Assembly (NCBI GenBank): GCA_002500605.1
Contig: DLRR01000002.1
Coordinates: 3,313 to 67,312 of the forward strand
Direction: 5' to 3'
DNA length: 64,000 nt
Source of the DNA: Nitrospinaceae bacterium UBA7883
GTDB lineage: Bacteria > Nitrospinota_A > UBA7883
Shown one piece after another: positions 1 to 9,389 of this stretch (positions are counted from its first letter, which is position 1; each line of letters opens with the position of its first letter). The position numbers were made by a program, and so were the translations under genes. The notes under the pieces are model-generated. The model had not been told where the DNA came from. It ran no database searches and was given only the letters and a program-made list of their open reading frames with translations.

Positions 1-165
1 CTGAAGACAAACCCAGAGGAAGCTCTCAGGAAATCTACCAACAAGTTCATATCCAGATTTGAGTATATGGAGAAGGCTGTTGCAGATTCCGGCAGAGAAA
101 TTGACAAAATCTCATTTAAAGAGATGGGCGAACTTTGGGATATGGCTAAAAAAGATGGTCTTTAA
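1..165 (+). CDS. mazG: Nucleoside triphosphate pyrophosphohydrolase MazG, C-terminal fragment (5' truncated by window)
   Basis: Frame 1 reads LKTNPEEALRKSTNKFISRFEYMEKAV...EMGELWDMAKKDGL*, matching the MazG C-terminal pattern (PEEALR..N.KF..RF...E....EM..LW..AK). Confidence 0.85.
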   Translation: MKTNPEEALRKSTNKFISRFEYMEKAVADSGREIDKISFKEMGELWDMAKKDGL

Positions 166-226
166 GACTGCATATGGTAAAAATTTAGTAACGAGAAGAA
201 AGTATGTATTTTGGGTAGGTGTTTGA

Positions 227-622
227 ATGTCACAAACCAAAGTTGAAGTTTTCTATGAAGACACTGACTGTGGTCAAGTAGTATACTACGCGAATTACCT
301 TCGCTATTTCGAGAGGGCACGTACACACTATTTCAAAGAGTTGGATGTGGATTTAGCCAAGTGGGCAGCAGGTGGTGTGACGTTCACGGTGTACCGCGCA
401 GAGATAGATTACAAAAGTCCTGCTGTCTATGGTGAAATCCTTACGGTGCTAACAGATCTAGAAGAGACCAAGGGTTCACGGCTTATATTTAGCTACAAGG
501 TAACTAGTGATAGTGATGAAAGGGTTAATGCTTTGGGAATCACAAAAATGGCGTGTGTAGGAGAAAATGGTAAGCCTCGACGCATTCCCGACGAGATAAT
601 TCAAGTAATTGGAAATCGATAA
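227..622 (+). CDS. YbgC/FadM-family acyl-CoA thioesterase (hot-dog fold)
   Basis: VFYEDTDCGQVVYYANYLRYFERART motif. Confidence 0.9.
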   Translation: MSQTKVEVFYEDTDCGQVVYYANYLRYFERARTHYFKELDVDLAKWAAGGVTFTVYRAEIDYKSPAVYGEILTVLTDLEETKGSRLIFSYKVTSDSDERVNALGITKMACVGENGKPRRIPDEIIQVIGNR

Positions 623-1969
623 ATGGCTAACTTTAATAATAATGATGAAGGCTTAGTGTTAAAAACCGGCGACGACATAGACCCTAGTGAGCTTTCAAAA
701 AGGATCAAGGAGCAGGTTCGCATAAAAATGCGCGACGGTTTTTATGATATCGATGAAGTTGATCGGGTAGCGAATACGAAGACCAAAACTAGCCTTCCCG
801 CAGAGCCACAGGTTGAAAAAGATAAAAAAGTTGCAATGATGGAAAGACTTTCAAGCAATTGGAGCAGACATCAGGACCCCGACTTCATAACCCATAGGTC
901 CGGCTTTCAAGGAAAACTAATCCCCATTTTAAAGAAGACCTTATTTAGACTTTCAAGAAGGGCTTATTATGTGCTTTGGGGGCAAGAAAAGTATAATAAC
1001 TATGTGATGGATGCTATCGGTTACCTTCTTGCTGACACCAGTTATTACAGGGCCCGCTACCTCTCAACTGCAAATCGCGTAGAAGACCTGGACCAGCGAA
1101 TATCCAAGCTTGAAAACAACTTAGCTGACTCTGTGGAAAAATTATCTAATTCGTTGGCCAACCTTGACAAACAAGGGATTTTCTTAAAGCGACGTGTTTC
1201 TGATGCACTAAAAGTTCTCTCTGACATGGAAGGGTCAAATGTATCCCAAGTTGCACAGGAAGAAAGAGCCAAGCTCGACTCGTTCGATTACCGTCTTTTT
1301 GAAAACATCCATAGAGGATCGAGGCTAGAAATCAAAAACCGTATGGGTTTATATTTGAAATGGTTTAATAACTCACAAAATGTGCTAGATGTTGGTTGTG
1401 GCCGAGGAGAGCTACTTGAAGTTTTTTCTGATAACGGCATCTCTGCCACTGGCATAGACATCAATGAGGAAATGACCCGTGAGTGTAATGAACGAGGCCA
1501 AGAGGCTGTAGAAGCCGACGCCATGGAATACATGGAAAACATTGATAACGACTCCCTAGGAGGCATTACCGCCATACAATTTATTGAACACCTTCCAGTG
1601 GAAGTGATGACGCGTTTCTTTGAGTTAGCATATGACAAGCTAAAGCCAGGGGCACATATTGTGGCAGAGACAATTAACGCCGCATGCTTGGCTACATTTT
1701 GTGGTGCTTTTTATCTTGACCTGTCACATTACAAGCCACTACACCCTTTGGCCGTCCACTTTCTTTTGGAGAGGATAGGTTATAGTAGTGTTCAAATAGA
1801 GTACGTCAATCCATTTCCAAAACCATCCAGGCTAGCTCAGATACCGGATTCGCTGGCACAAGATAGCAACCTTCCTAAGCGGGTTGTAAAAGATTATAAC
1901 GAAAATGTTATGAAGCTTAATAATATTCTTTTTAGCAATGCCGACTATGCTGTAATCGCCTGCAAATAA
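623..1969 (+). CDS. Class I SAM-dependent methyltransferase with N-terminal coiled coil (WbdD/WsaE-like glycan chain-capping type)
   Basis: Heptad-rich segment, then FENIHRGS, VLDVGCGRGE (motif I), QFIEHL, ETINA, FYLDLSHYKPLHP. Confidence 0.8.
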   Translation: MANFNNNDEGLVLKTGDDIDPSELSKRIKEQVRIKMRDGFYDIDEVDRVANTKTKTSLPAEPQVEKDKKVAMMERLSSNWSRHQDPDFITHRSGFQGKLIPILKKTLFRLSRRAYYVLWGQEKYNNYVMDAIGYLLADTSYYRARYLSTANRVEDLDQRISKLENNLADSVEKLSNSLANLDKQGIFLKRRVSDALKVLSDMEGSNVSQVAQEERAKLDSFDYRLFENIHRGSRLEIKNRMGLYLKWFNNSQNVLDVGCGRGELLEVFSDNGISATGIDINEEMTRECNERGQEAVEADAMEYMENIDNDSLGGITAIQFIEHLPVEVMTRFFELAYDKLKPGAHIVAETINAACLATFCGAFYLDLSHYKPLHPLAVHFLLERIGYSSVQIEYVNPFPKPSRLAQIPDSLAQDSNLPKRVVKDYNENVMKLNNILFSNADYAVIACK

Positions 1970-2020
1970 ATCCATCGTACACAGGCGAAAAAAGATGGCA
2001 TAAACTTAAGCAATTCAAAG

Positions 2021-2893
2021 TCAAGCAAACTGAGAAAGAATTCCAGCAGGGTTAACGATGTGAGTGTTCATTTTTAACTCATTTTGTTCCAACCCGAGGG
2101 CAAGTCCTACCAGTTGCTGGATATGAATTATCGGCATGTTGTACTCACCCGGTATTTCTGGTTGATAAGCATCTAGGTTTAGGTGACATAGGGGACACTG
2201 GGTTATCAAACAATCCGCCCCAGCATTTTGTGCCGAATTTAAAGCATTTCCAGATAAAGCTAGGGAATTTTTTTTGTTCATCATAATAATTGGAAATCCA
2301 CAGCATTTGAGTCTAGCTGCGTAATCAACTGGGGTGGCTCCTAAAGCCTCAATTATCTTTTCCATTTCGTCTGGGCTATCTGGGTTATCCAGATCGGAGC
2401 ATTCATGAGGCCTTGTTGCGTAGCATCCGTAAAAGGCACCTGCCTTAAGGCCTGTGAGCGGCCTGACAACCATATTTTTCATTTTTTCCAAAACTGAGTC
2501 ACCCAAGATTACTTGACCAAAATGTTGAATCTTTACAACCCCTTTGTATTCTTTTCCACTTATTCTTTTTAGCTCTAAGTTAACTTCTGCTTTATACTCA
2601 GGGTTATTGTCCAGTTTATTTTTTGTTTTATTGTGCACACCCTGGCAAGTAATACAGATATTCATTATGTCTAAACCCTGTTCTTCGGCCAAAGCAAATG
2701 TTCTAGCATTAAGCAGATCTGCAGCCATAGGATTATCTTCACTAATTACCCCAGCCCCACAACACGAAGCATCGGTCATCTCCGCTAACTCGATACTAAG
2801 TTTCTCACATACAGCTTCAGTAGCTGTTAACAGTTCTCGGCCCGCTCCTTTTGCTACACATCCGGTAAACAGCGCATACTTACAATTCACCAC
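2021..2893 (-). CDS. CCG-domain (HdrB-like) subunit of type-E succinate dehydrogenase/fumarate reductase (SdhE/FrdC-like)
   Basis: FTGC...SCCGAG...CITC and YGC...KCCG...CPLC double CCG motif; translationally coupled to the Fe-S subunit gene. Confidence 0.88.
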   Translation of the reverse strand: MVNCKYALFTGCVAKGAGRELLTATEAVCEKLSIELAEMTDASCCGAGVISEDNPMAADLLNARTFALAEEQGLDIMNICITCQGVHNKTKNKLDNNPEYKAEVNLELKRISGKEYKGVVKIQHFGQVILGDSVLEKMKNMVVRPLTGLKAGAFYGCYATRPHECSDLDNPDSPDEMEKIIEALGATPVDYAARLKCCGFPIIMMNKKNSLALSGNALNSAQNAGADCLITQCPLCHLNLDAYQPEIPGEYNMPIIHIQQLVGLALGLEQNELKMNTHIVNPAGILSQFA

Positions 2894-3921
2894 TATACCT
2901 TCCTTTCAGATATCGAGTCCTCATCAAGACGATTGATATCACCTTTAGTGATATGTTGCGGTTTAATCTTTCTGTACTTTTTTAACCGGGAAAAGATGCT
3001 CTTTACTTCCTTGACTTTCTCGATAGATTTGTGGATAAGAGGTGGATTTTTGCCCTTAACAAACATCCTTATTCCAACTGGCAGTAGGCCGAGAAGGGCT
3101 GGAATGTTGAAAAATCCTACGCTCCTAGCCGGCAAGTAATTCTCGTTAAGCCTGCCGCTTTTAGATACGGTCTCTCGAAAACCAAGCACATGGCGTGCGC
3201 CATTATTATTTGTAATTTCTGCTTCCATTACAGCTTGGCGGATTTCTTCTATCCTAGCCATTGGCTTAGTTTCGGTTGGACATCTTGTTGAACATTCACC
3301 GCAGTGGGTACAGTCCCAAACTCCATAGAGCTCGGTAATTTGCTCAAGCCGGTCATAGGCTTTAGCGTCTCTGGAATCATAAATGAACCTATGGGCTTTA
3401 GCCAGCGTTGCCGGGCCAAAAAATTCATTGTCTACTTCAAGGACATTACAATCGGAATAGCAGGAGGCACACAGGATACAGGTAGTTACATCATCGATTA
3501 AAAGAAACTGTTTTTGTGTCTGCTTCCTCTCCAACTCAGGATTATCCAATGTATCTGGAACTAGGTAGGGTCTTACTTTGCGAAGCGATGCCCAAAAAGG
3601 TTCAAGGTCAACAACCAAGTCCTTAATTACCTCCATATTCCCAATTGGGTCTATTTGCACTAAACCATTCTTAGCTAGGTCGCATAATTGGGTTTTGCAG
3701 GCTAACAATGCGTGGCCGTTCACTTTCATCGCACACGAACCACATATTGCCGAGCCGCAGGACATACGGTAAGCCAAGGAGGCATCCTGTGTTGCTCGCA
3801 CCTTGTTTAAGCCATTCAAAAGAGTGATGCCAGGTTCTAATTCCATTATGTAATTCTGGTAATAAGGCTGACTATCTTTCCCTGGGTCATACCGAAAAAT
3901 CTTGAGTGTTACTTTTTCCAT
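2893..3921 (-). CDS. sdhB: Succinate dehydrogenase/fumarate reductase iron-sulfur subunit
   Basis: SCGSAICGSC...LAC [2Fe-2S] motif; CILCASCYSDC and CTHCGECSTRCP ferredoxin motifs; HdrC-like C-terminal extension. Confidence 0.93.
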   Translation of the reverse strand: MEKVTLKIFRYDPGKDSQPYYQNYIMELEPGITLLNGLNKVRATQDASLAYRMSCGSAICGSCAMKVNGHALLACKTQLCDLAKNGLVQIDPIGNMEVIKDLVVDLEPFWASLRKVRPYLVPDTLDNPELERKQTQKQFLLIDDVTTCILCASCYSDCNVLEVDNEFFGPATLAKAHRFIYDSRDAKAYDRLEQITELYGVWDCTHCGECSTRCPTETKPMARIEEIRQAVMEAEITNNNGARHVLGFRETVSKSGRLNENYLPARSVGFFNIPALLGLLPVGIRMFVKGKNPPLIHKSIEKVKEVKSIFSRLKKYRKIKPQHITKGDINRLDEDSISERKV

Positions 3922-3923
3922 AA

Positions 3924-5636
3924 TCAGTACGTACGTTCCTCAGGTTCAAATCTGGTAACTCGGACTGGTTTATACTTTAGCTCGCAACTACCATCGGGTT
4001 GACGAAAGACCAAAGTATGTTTCATCCAGTTCTCATCATCTCGATTGGGATAATCATCGCGGGAATGGGCACCACGGCTTTCCTTTCGAGCCTTAGCTCC
4101 AGCCACAATCAATTCGGAATATTCGAGCATATGTGAAAGCTCTAGCGCCTCTTGTATATTAACATTAAAGTTCTTGCCTTTTTCGCTAACTTTTACCCTA
4201 GTAAACCGATCCTTAAGCTCATTGACTTTCTGCTGGGCTTGTTCCATGTCATTTGCGTTTCTATACACACCGACCTTGTAGGTCATAGTTTCTTGAAGCT
4301 CTTCACGAATTGATGCCAAATGCTCACTGCCTTTGTTGTAAAGCAACTTATCAATTTCTAGTTTGGCAGCAGATATTTCTTTTTTTTCATTAACCGGAGA
4401 GAATTTCATTTCATTGGTAGCATGAAGCATCTTCTTGCCTGCTCGTCTCCCAAAAACAAGCGCCTCAAGCAATGAATTAGTACCAAGTCGGTTAGCCCCA
4501 TGCACGCTGATACAAGAACACTCCCCAGCGGCAAAGAATCCTTTGCAAAGTTCTGTCTCGTTTAAAAAAACTTGGCAATCATTATCCGCTGGAATACCGC
4601 CCATAGAGTAGTGGGCTGTCGGTTGAATTGGAACTGGGTCTTTAATTGCATCGACATCAATGAAGTCCTTTGCTAGATGATATATTTGCGGTAAACGCTC
4701 CATAATTTTGGCCTTGCCGAGGTGCCTTAAGTCCAAGAGCACATAATCCTTCTTAGGACCTGCACCCCTCCCTTCATTTATTTCGGTTTGCTCGGAACGT
4801 GAGACAATATCACGTGGCCCTAGTTCCATTTTTGTTGGTGCGTATTTGCTCATAAAGCGGTCCCCATCACTATTTATTAGGTAACCTCCTTCGCCTCTGG
4901 CAGCTTCAGAAAGTAGGATTCCATGCTCATATAGCCCTGTCGGGTGATACTGCACAAACTCCATGTCTTGCAATGGAATACCTGCTTTATATGCTGCAGT
5001 AATACCATCACCTGTATTGGCATAAGCATTAGATGTTATTTTAAACGCCCGACCATATCCTCCGGTGGCGAAAAGTATTGTTTTAGCATGAAAAATTTCT
5101 AGCTTGCCCGTCTTTATATCTAGAGCCACCACTCCACGGCAAATGCCATCTTCTATGATGAGGCGAGTTACATACCATTCGCTGTATATCTGCAGTTCAG
5201 CTCCTCGTTTCATGCTTTGCTCGAACAGTGTGTGTAGCAGGGCATGCCCTGTGCGGTCTGCTGAGTAACATGCTCTTTTAAAAGAATGACCACCAAAAGC
5301 GCGTTGGGCAATTTTATTTTCATCAGTACGCGAAAATGCACACCCATAATGCTCAAGCTCTATTATGGTACGTGGAGCATCGCTACAAAGTATTTCGATG
5401 GCATCCTGATCTCCAATAAAATCGGCTCCTTTTACGGTGTCATAGGTATGGGCCTCAACCGAGTCCCCATCCATGTTTGATAGAGCCGCTGCCACGCCAC
5501 CTTGCGCAGCGCCTGAGTGACTCCTAGAAGGATAGACTTTGGATATTATTGCTACATCAAGGTGCCCTGCCATCTCAAGAGCAGCACGAAGCCCCGCAAG
5601 TCCTGAACCAACAATTACAACATCGTGAGAATACAT
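3924..5636 (-). CDS. sdhA: Succinate dehydrogenase/fumarate reductase flavoprotein subunit
   Basis: GSGLAG FAD motif, [10 protein letters not shown] covalent-FAD His, [30 protein letters not shown]. Confidence 0.96.
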   Translation of the reverse strand: MYSHDVVIVGSGLAGLRAALEMAGHLDVAIISKVYPSRSHSGAAQGGVAAALSNMDGDSVEAHTYDTVKGADFIGDQDAIEILCSDAPRTIIELEHYGCAFSRTDENKIAQRAFGGHSFKRACYSADRTGHALLHTLFEQSMKRGAELQIYSEWYVTRLIIEDGICRGVVALDIKTGKLEIFHAKTILFATGGYGRAFKITSNAYANTGDGITAAYKAGIPLQDMEFVQYHPTGLYEHGILLSEAARGEGGYLINSDGDRFMSKYAPTKMELGPRDIVSRSEQTEINEGRGAGPKKDYVLLDLRHLGKAKIMERLPQIYHLAKDFIDVDAIKDPVPIQPTAHYSMGGIPADNDCQVFLNETELCKGFFAAGECSCISVHGANRLGTNSLLEALVFGRRAGKKMLHATNEMKFSPVNEKKEISAAKLEIDKLLYNKGSEHLASIREELQETMTYKVGVYRNANDMEQAQQKVNELKDRFTRVKVSEKGKNFNVNIQEALELSHMLEYSELIVAGAKARKESRGAHSRDDYPNRDDENWMKHTLVFRQPDGSCELKYKPVRVTRFEPEERTY

Positions 5637-5691
5637 GTTACGTACCCTAGTCGTAAGATTACTATATTCAATCTAAGGCAAACGAAGAGGG

Positions 5692-5720
5692 ATTCTATAC
5701 CCAAAGTTTTTTTAATGCAA
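5692..5720 (-). promoter_or_regulatory. Putative sigma70 promoter of the sdhA/frdA operon
   Basis: Minus strand TTGCAT-N17-TAGAAT, about 55 nt upstream of the start codon. Confidence 0.55.
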
Positions 5721-5797
5721 TACCTACAAATATGAAAAGACTACAAAGATGATTTTGCATGCACAAAAAAGAAGTTGTAAAGTTCAATGAGAGCAAG

Positions 5798-5815
5798 TAA
5801 CCCTATAAAGGGTTA
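5798..5815 (-). terminator. Short hairpin after the fumarase beta gene (possible terminator)
   Basis: TAACCCT-ATAA-AGGGTTA inverted repeat 16 nt past the stop codon; weak U-tract. Confidence 0.3.
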
Positions 5816-5831
5816 AATTTGTACGACAAAC

Positions 5832-6395
5832 CTAATTTGTTTTATCTGGGCCTATCTGATATTCAGACTGACCTATTTCGTACAAATCCTTTCCACTAAT
5901 GTCGTTTATTACAACACAGCGAAAATCTTCTACCTCCATACGACGAATAGATTCCGGTCCAAGATCTTTATAAGCTACAATTTCAACACTTCTTATTGAT
6001 TTTGCTATTAGGGCAGCTGCTCCTCCAATGGCTGCAAAGTAAATGGCCCTGTAATTAATCATGGCTTGCACTACATTGTCGGCCCGTTTACCTTTGCCGA
6101 TCATCCCTTTCATGCCGACATCCATTAATCTTTCAGCATATGCATCCATCCGGTAGCTGGTTGTTGGTCCGGCAGAGCCTACTACTGCAGATGGTTTAGA
6201 TGGTGAAGGGCCAACATAATAGATTATTGATCCTTCTATATTAAATGGAAGTTCTTTGCCTTCGTCCAGGAGATCGACAAGGCGCTTGTGGGCTACGTCG
6301 CGAGCTGTATATAGATATCCGGATATACTCACTTGGTCTCCAGCACTGAGGTCAGCAATAATGTCATCAGTTAGTGGGGTTGTAATCTTTTTCAT
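5832..6395 (-). CDS. Class I Fe-S fumarate hydratase beta subunit
   Basis: TARDVAHKR, YYVGPSP, GPTTSYRMD, IGKG, GGAAAL motifs. Confidence 0.93.
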   Translation of the reverse strand: MKKITTPLTDDIIADLSAGDQVSISGYLYTARDVAHKRLVDLLDEGKELPFNIEGSIIYYVGPSPSKPSAVVGSAGPTTSYRMDAYAERLMDVGMKGMIGKGKRADNVVQAMINYRAIYFAAIGGAAALIAKSIRSVEIVAYKDLGPESIRRMEVEDFRCVVINDISGKDLYEIGQSEYQIGPDKTN

Positions 6396-6406
6396 CTTAA
6401 CCCTAA

Positions 6407-7246
6407 CTATAAGACCATTTCTTTATGCCTGCTGGCATGACAACACAGGTTCACTGCTAATGGCAGTGTTGCAATATGGCATGGATGTTTTATAATGTGG
6501 ACTGCCAAGGCATAATTTCTTCCACCGAGACCTTGAGGGCCAATACCAAGGTTGTTTATTCTAACTAGCAACTCACTCTCCATTTCTTTAAGCTCGAGAT
6601 CTGGGTTCTCTGAACCGATATCACGAAGCAGTGCTCTTTTTGCCAAAATTGCCGCTTTTTCTGGTGTTCCACCTATGGCAACTGCAACTATTACTGGGGG
6701 ACAAGGATTCGACCCTGCCTCCTGGCAGCGTTGGACAACAAAGTCCATTATGGCATTCTTGCCACCAGACGGTGTGAGCATAGTAACTCTTGACATATTT
6801 TCCGACCCGCCACCTTTTGGTGCAATAGTAATTTTAAAAATATCACCATCAACAATATCCGTTATTATCACGGCTGGTGTATTGGTATTGGTATTGATCC
6901 TTGTAAACGGGTCGCATATCGACTTCCTTAGATATCCATCTTCATAGCCTTTGCGCACACCATCGTTAATAGCATCATTGAGTGAGCCGCCTGTAATATG
7001 AACTTCTTGTCCCACTTCCAAAAAGACCACTGTTATTCCAGTGTCTTGGCACATTGGAACCTGTTCGGTTTTTGCTATCTCCGCATTTTCTAACAGTGCC
7101 TCGAAAATAGCTTTCCCATTGGGTGATTCCTCAGTCTTCAACCCCCTCTTAAAGGCTCCTAATACATCTTCACCTAACCTATAGTTGGCATCCATGCAGA
7201 GTTTACGAACAGCTTCTATAATTTGAGTTATGCTTATTTCTCTCAT
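6407..7246 (-). CDS. Class I Fe-S fumarate hydratase alpha subunit
   Basis: PMCQDTG, KGGGSEN, NPCPP, GPQGLGG, CHASRH motifs. Confidence 0.93.
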   Translation of the reverse strand: MREISITQIIEAVRKLCMDANYRLGEDVLGAFKRGLKTEESPNGKAIFEALLENAEIAKTEQVPMCQDTGITVVFLEVGQEVHITGGSLNDAINDGVRKGYEDGYLRKSICDPFTRINTNTNTPAVIITDIVDGDIFKITIAPKGGGSENMSRVTMLTPSGGKNAIMDFVVQRCQEAGSNPCPPVIVAVAIGGTPEKAAILAKRALLRDIGSENPDLELKEMESELLVRINNLGIGPQGLGGRNYALAVHIIKHPCHIATLPLAVNLCCHASRHKEMVL

Positions 7247-7397
7247 AAGAAATATTTTGCATTCTCGTTTAGGCTGATGTCAAGACCAAGCCGAAAAAAT
7301 TAATAATATGGATAATGTTTTTTGATTACCTAGTGTGTGATTCGTTGCCACATAAAAAATATTTTTTATGGTATATTTTTTAAAGTTTTTATTAGGA

Positions 7398-8102
7398 ATG
7401 TTGATGAAATATAGTCATGTTGGAATCGCTGTAATAATAGCAGTCTCAGTATTTGGGTTTGAGGTAAAACAAGCATACGCTGGACAGTACCACTCTAAGG
7501 CTGACTGGGTTGCAAAGCAAATCACACAAATTTTTACAAGTTTCGAAAGCGTGGTGGCCAAAGAATACAAGGGTAGATTATATATAACATCTCCGAGTAA
7601 TGGCTCGTATCACAAAGGGGCTATGATAGTGATAAGGTCAACAAATGGAGAAATTTCTGCGTATGGACTGATAGAAGAAGTTGCTCCAAAATATGCCTCA
7701 AGCAAAATATTGAAACAATTTGGTAAAGTAATTGAGAGAAATAGCAGAGTATCTGGTGTAGGGTCAAAGGTTAGACTGCTTTTTCTGGGCGGACCAACAG
7801 AAGATATAATAGCAGCTAGATTTATTTCTGATATCGAGGAGTCACTCAGAGAGTCTAAGATTGTAGAGCTCCCGCCTTCCGATATAGGTCACTTTCTGCT
7901 TCAAAAATCTATGGATGGCACACCTTCCACAGTTCCAAAATCAACCCTTCGTAAAACTGCCAACGCCATACAAGCTGATTACATAGTCATGCTAACACTG
8001 GAGAAGCAGGGGTCACCAGCAAACTTAAAACTCAATTTGTTAAACAAAGACACATCCCAATTGTTGATGCTAAACTTTTCTTGGCCAGGAGTTAAGGGGT
8101 AA
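7398..8102 (+). CDS. Exported hypothetical protein (FlgT-like beta domain plus CsgG/TolB_N-like alpha/beta domain)
   Basis: Signal-peptide-like N-terminus ending AYA. ORF is open from 7368; ATG 7398/7404 follows AGGA. Domain resemblance by eye only. Confidence 0.6.
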   Translation: MLMKYSHVGIAVIIAVSVFGFEVKQAYAGQYHSKADWVAKQITQIFTSFESVVAKEYKGRLYITSPSNGSYHKGAMIVIRSTNGEISAYGLIEEVAPKYASSKILKQFGKVIERNSRVSGVGSKVRLLFLGGPTEDIIAARFISDIEESLRESKIVELPPSDIGHFLLQKSMDGTPSTVPKSTLRKTANAIQADYIVMLTLEKQGSPANLKLNLLNKDTSQLLMLNFSWPGVKG

Positions 8103-8168
8103 TACCTGCCTAGTCTTAATTATTGGCTTCTAATATTGCTTTTTGTGTTTTGCTAGGACTCTTTCGGC

Positions 8169-9164
8169 TTACTTAACATTTAAATGCCTTTCGAAAAAAG
8201 CTTTCATCTTTAAGCCATACTCAGTTGGATACATTAACATTGCGTCCACGTGATAGGCGTCTTTGACAAGCCAAAAATTTGCTTTGATATGGTTGTTGCT
8301 AGCATATTGTTTCAAAAAGTAAAAATGGTGTGGAGGTACACGCTGATCCTTAGCACCATGTGTAAAAAAGTAGTTTTGTTTACTAGATAATGAGTAAGCA
8401 GGGGACAATTTTGTAGGATCTATTCCAGTCAAAATTCTTCCCGCAAAACTAACCGCAGGTGCAAAATCATGCGGAAAGTTATAACGGTAAATTTCGTCCT
8501 TTAAAATCATACGAAATTCAGCCAGTGAACTTTCTGACCATATAGCTTTAATGCTTGGTTCTTCCTTTGCTGCAAAAATTGCTGACGTAGCCCCAAGGGA
8601 TATGCCATGAATACCAATTTTATCCTTCGAAAAGCCACGTTTAGTTAAAAAATCAAACGCGCCTAAAACATCTCTGTACTCTGATAAACCTAAGTTTTCA
8701 TATTCACTCACAATTGAACTTTGCCCGTAGTTGCGTAGATCAATTGTAAGGGCATTGATACCGTTGTTAATTAAGAGACTAGCGACAAGATTAGATTCCC
8801 ACTTGCATTTTCCATTTGGAAAAATTCCATGAACAACTATAACTATTGGTTTATTTGGATGATAATTAAACAGCCAACCGCTAATCTGAATATCATCATC
8901 TCTGGATGGGAAAAAAACCTCCTCCCACTTATCTAGGTGGTACCTTGCAGAATCAAAGTTTTTTCTCAGCTTGCTTTTAGCTTCAATTTTGTACTTTTGG
9001 TAGCCCTTTTGTGCTGACCAAGTATTTGGAAGCGATCCTTCGTGATCTCCACATGAATGGTCAATTCGTAGAATTGTGTGAGCTAAATAAAAACCCACAC
9101 AAAAGTACACAATTACAATAAAAAGCAGTAATCCAACGAATGGAAAATAAAATTTGTTTCTCAT
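8169..9164 (-). CDS. Membrane-anchored alpha/beta hydrolase
   Basis: N-terminal TM helix, VVHG oxyanion motif, GISLG nucleophile, HGAKDQRVP Asp, AYHVDA His. Confidence 0.85.
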   Translation of the reverse strand: MRNKFYFPFVGLLLFIVIVYFCVGFYLAHTILRIDHSCGDHEGSLPNTWSAQKGYQKYKIEAKSKLRKNFDSARYHLDKWEEVFFPSRDDDIQISGWLFNYHPNKPIVIVVHGIFPNGKCKWESNLVASLLINNGINALTIDLRNYGQSSIVSEYENLGLSEYRDVLGAFDFLTKRGFSKDKIGIHGISLGATSAIFAAKEEPSIKAIWSESSLAEFRMILKDEIYRYNFPHDFAPAVSFAGRILTGIDPTKLSPAYSLSSKQNYFFTHGAKDQRVPPHHFYFLKQYASNNHIKANFWLVKDAYHVDAMLMYPTEYGLKMKAFFERHLNVK

Positions 9165-9389
9165 CGCTAATTTTTACTTTGACGTTTTGCATAGCATATT
9201 AGTCTATCTATCAAAATCATTTGCAAGTTTAGCAATTTTCAGCAATTATTAGTAGGTTGTTCTACTAGTATTGAGGCGAATCTGTTTAAAGTACTGGGGA
9301 TTTAGCTTGATGTTTACAATCCAATGTCTATTCTACCGGATAAGTCTAAAGATTGGCAAATTCAACCGCTTAACCGAAAGGGCTTACAC

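Noticed and set aside
2021-2893. Heterodisulfide reductase (methanogenesis or sulfur oxidation) call for the CCG protein
   Set aside because: It is coupled to sdhAB-type genes with no hdrA or hdrC; it fits a type-E SQOR subunit.
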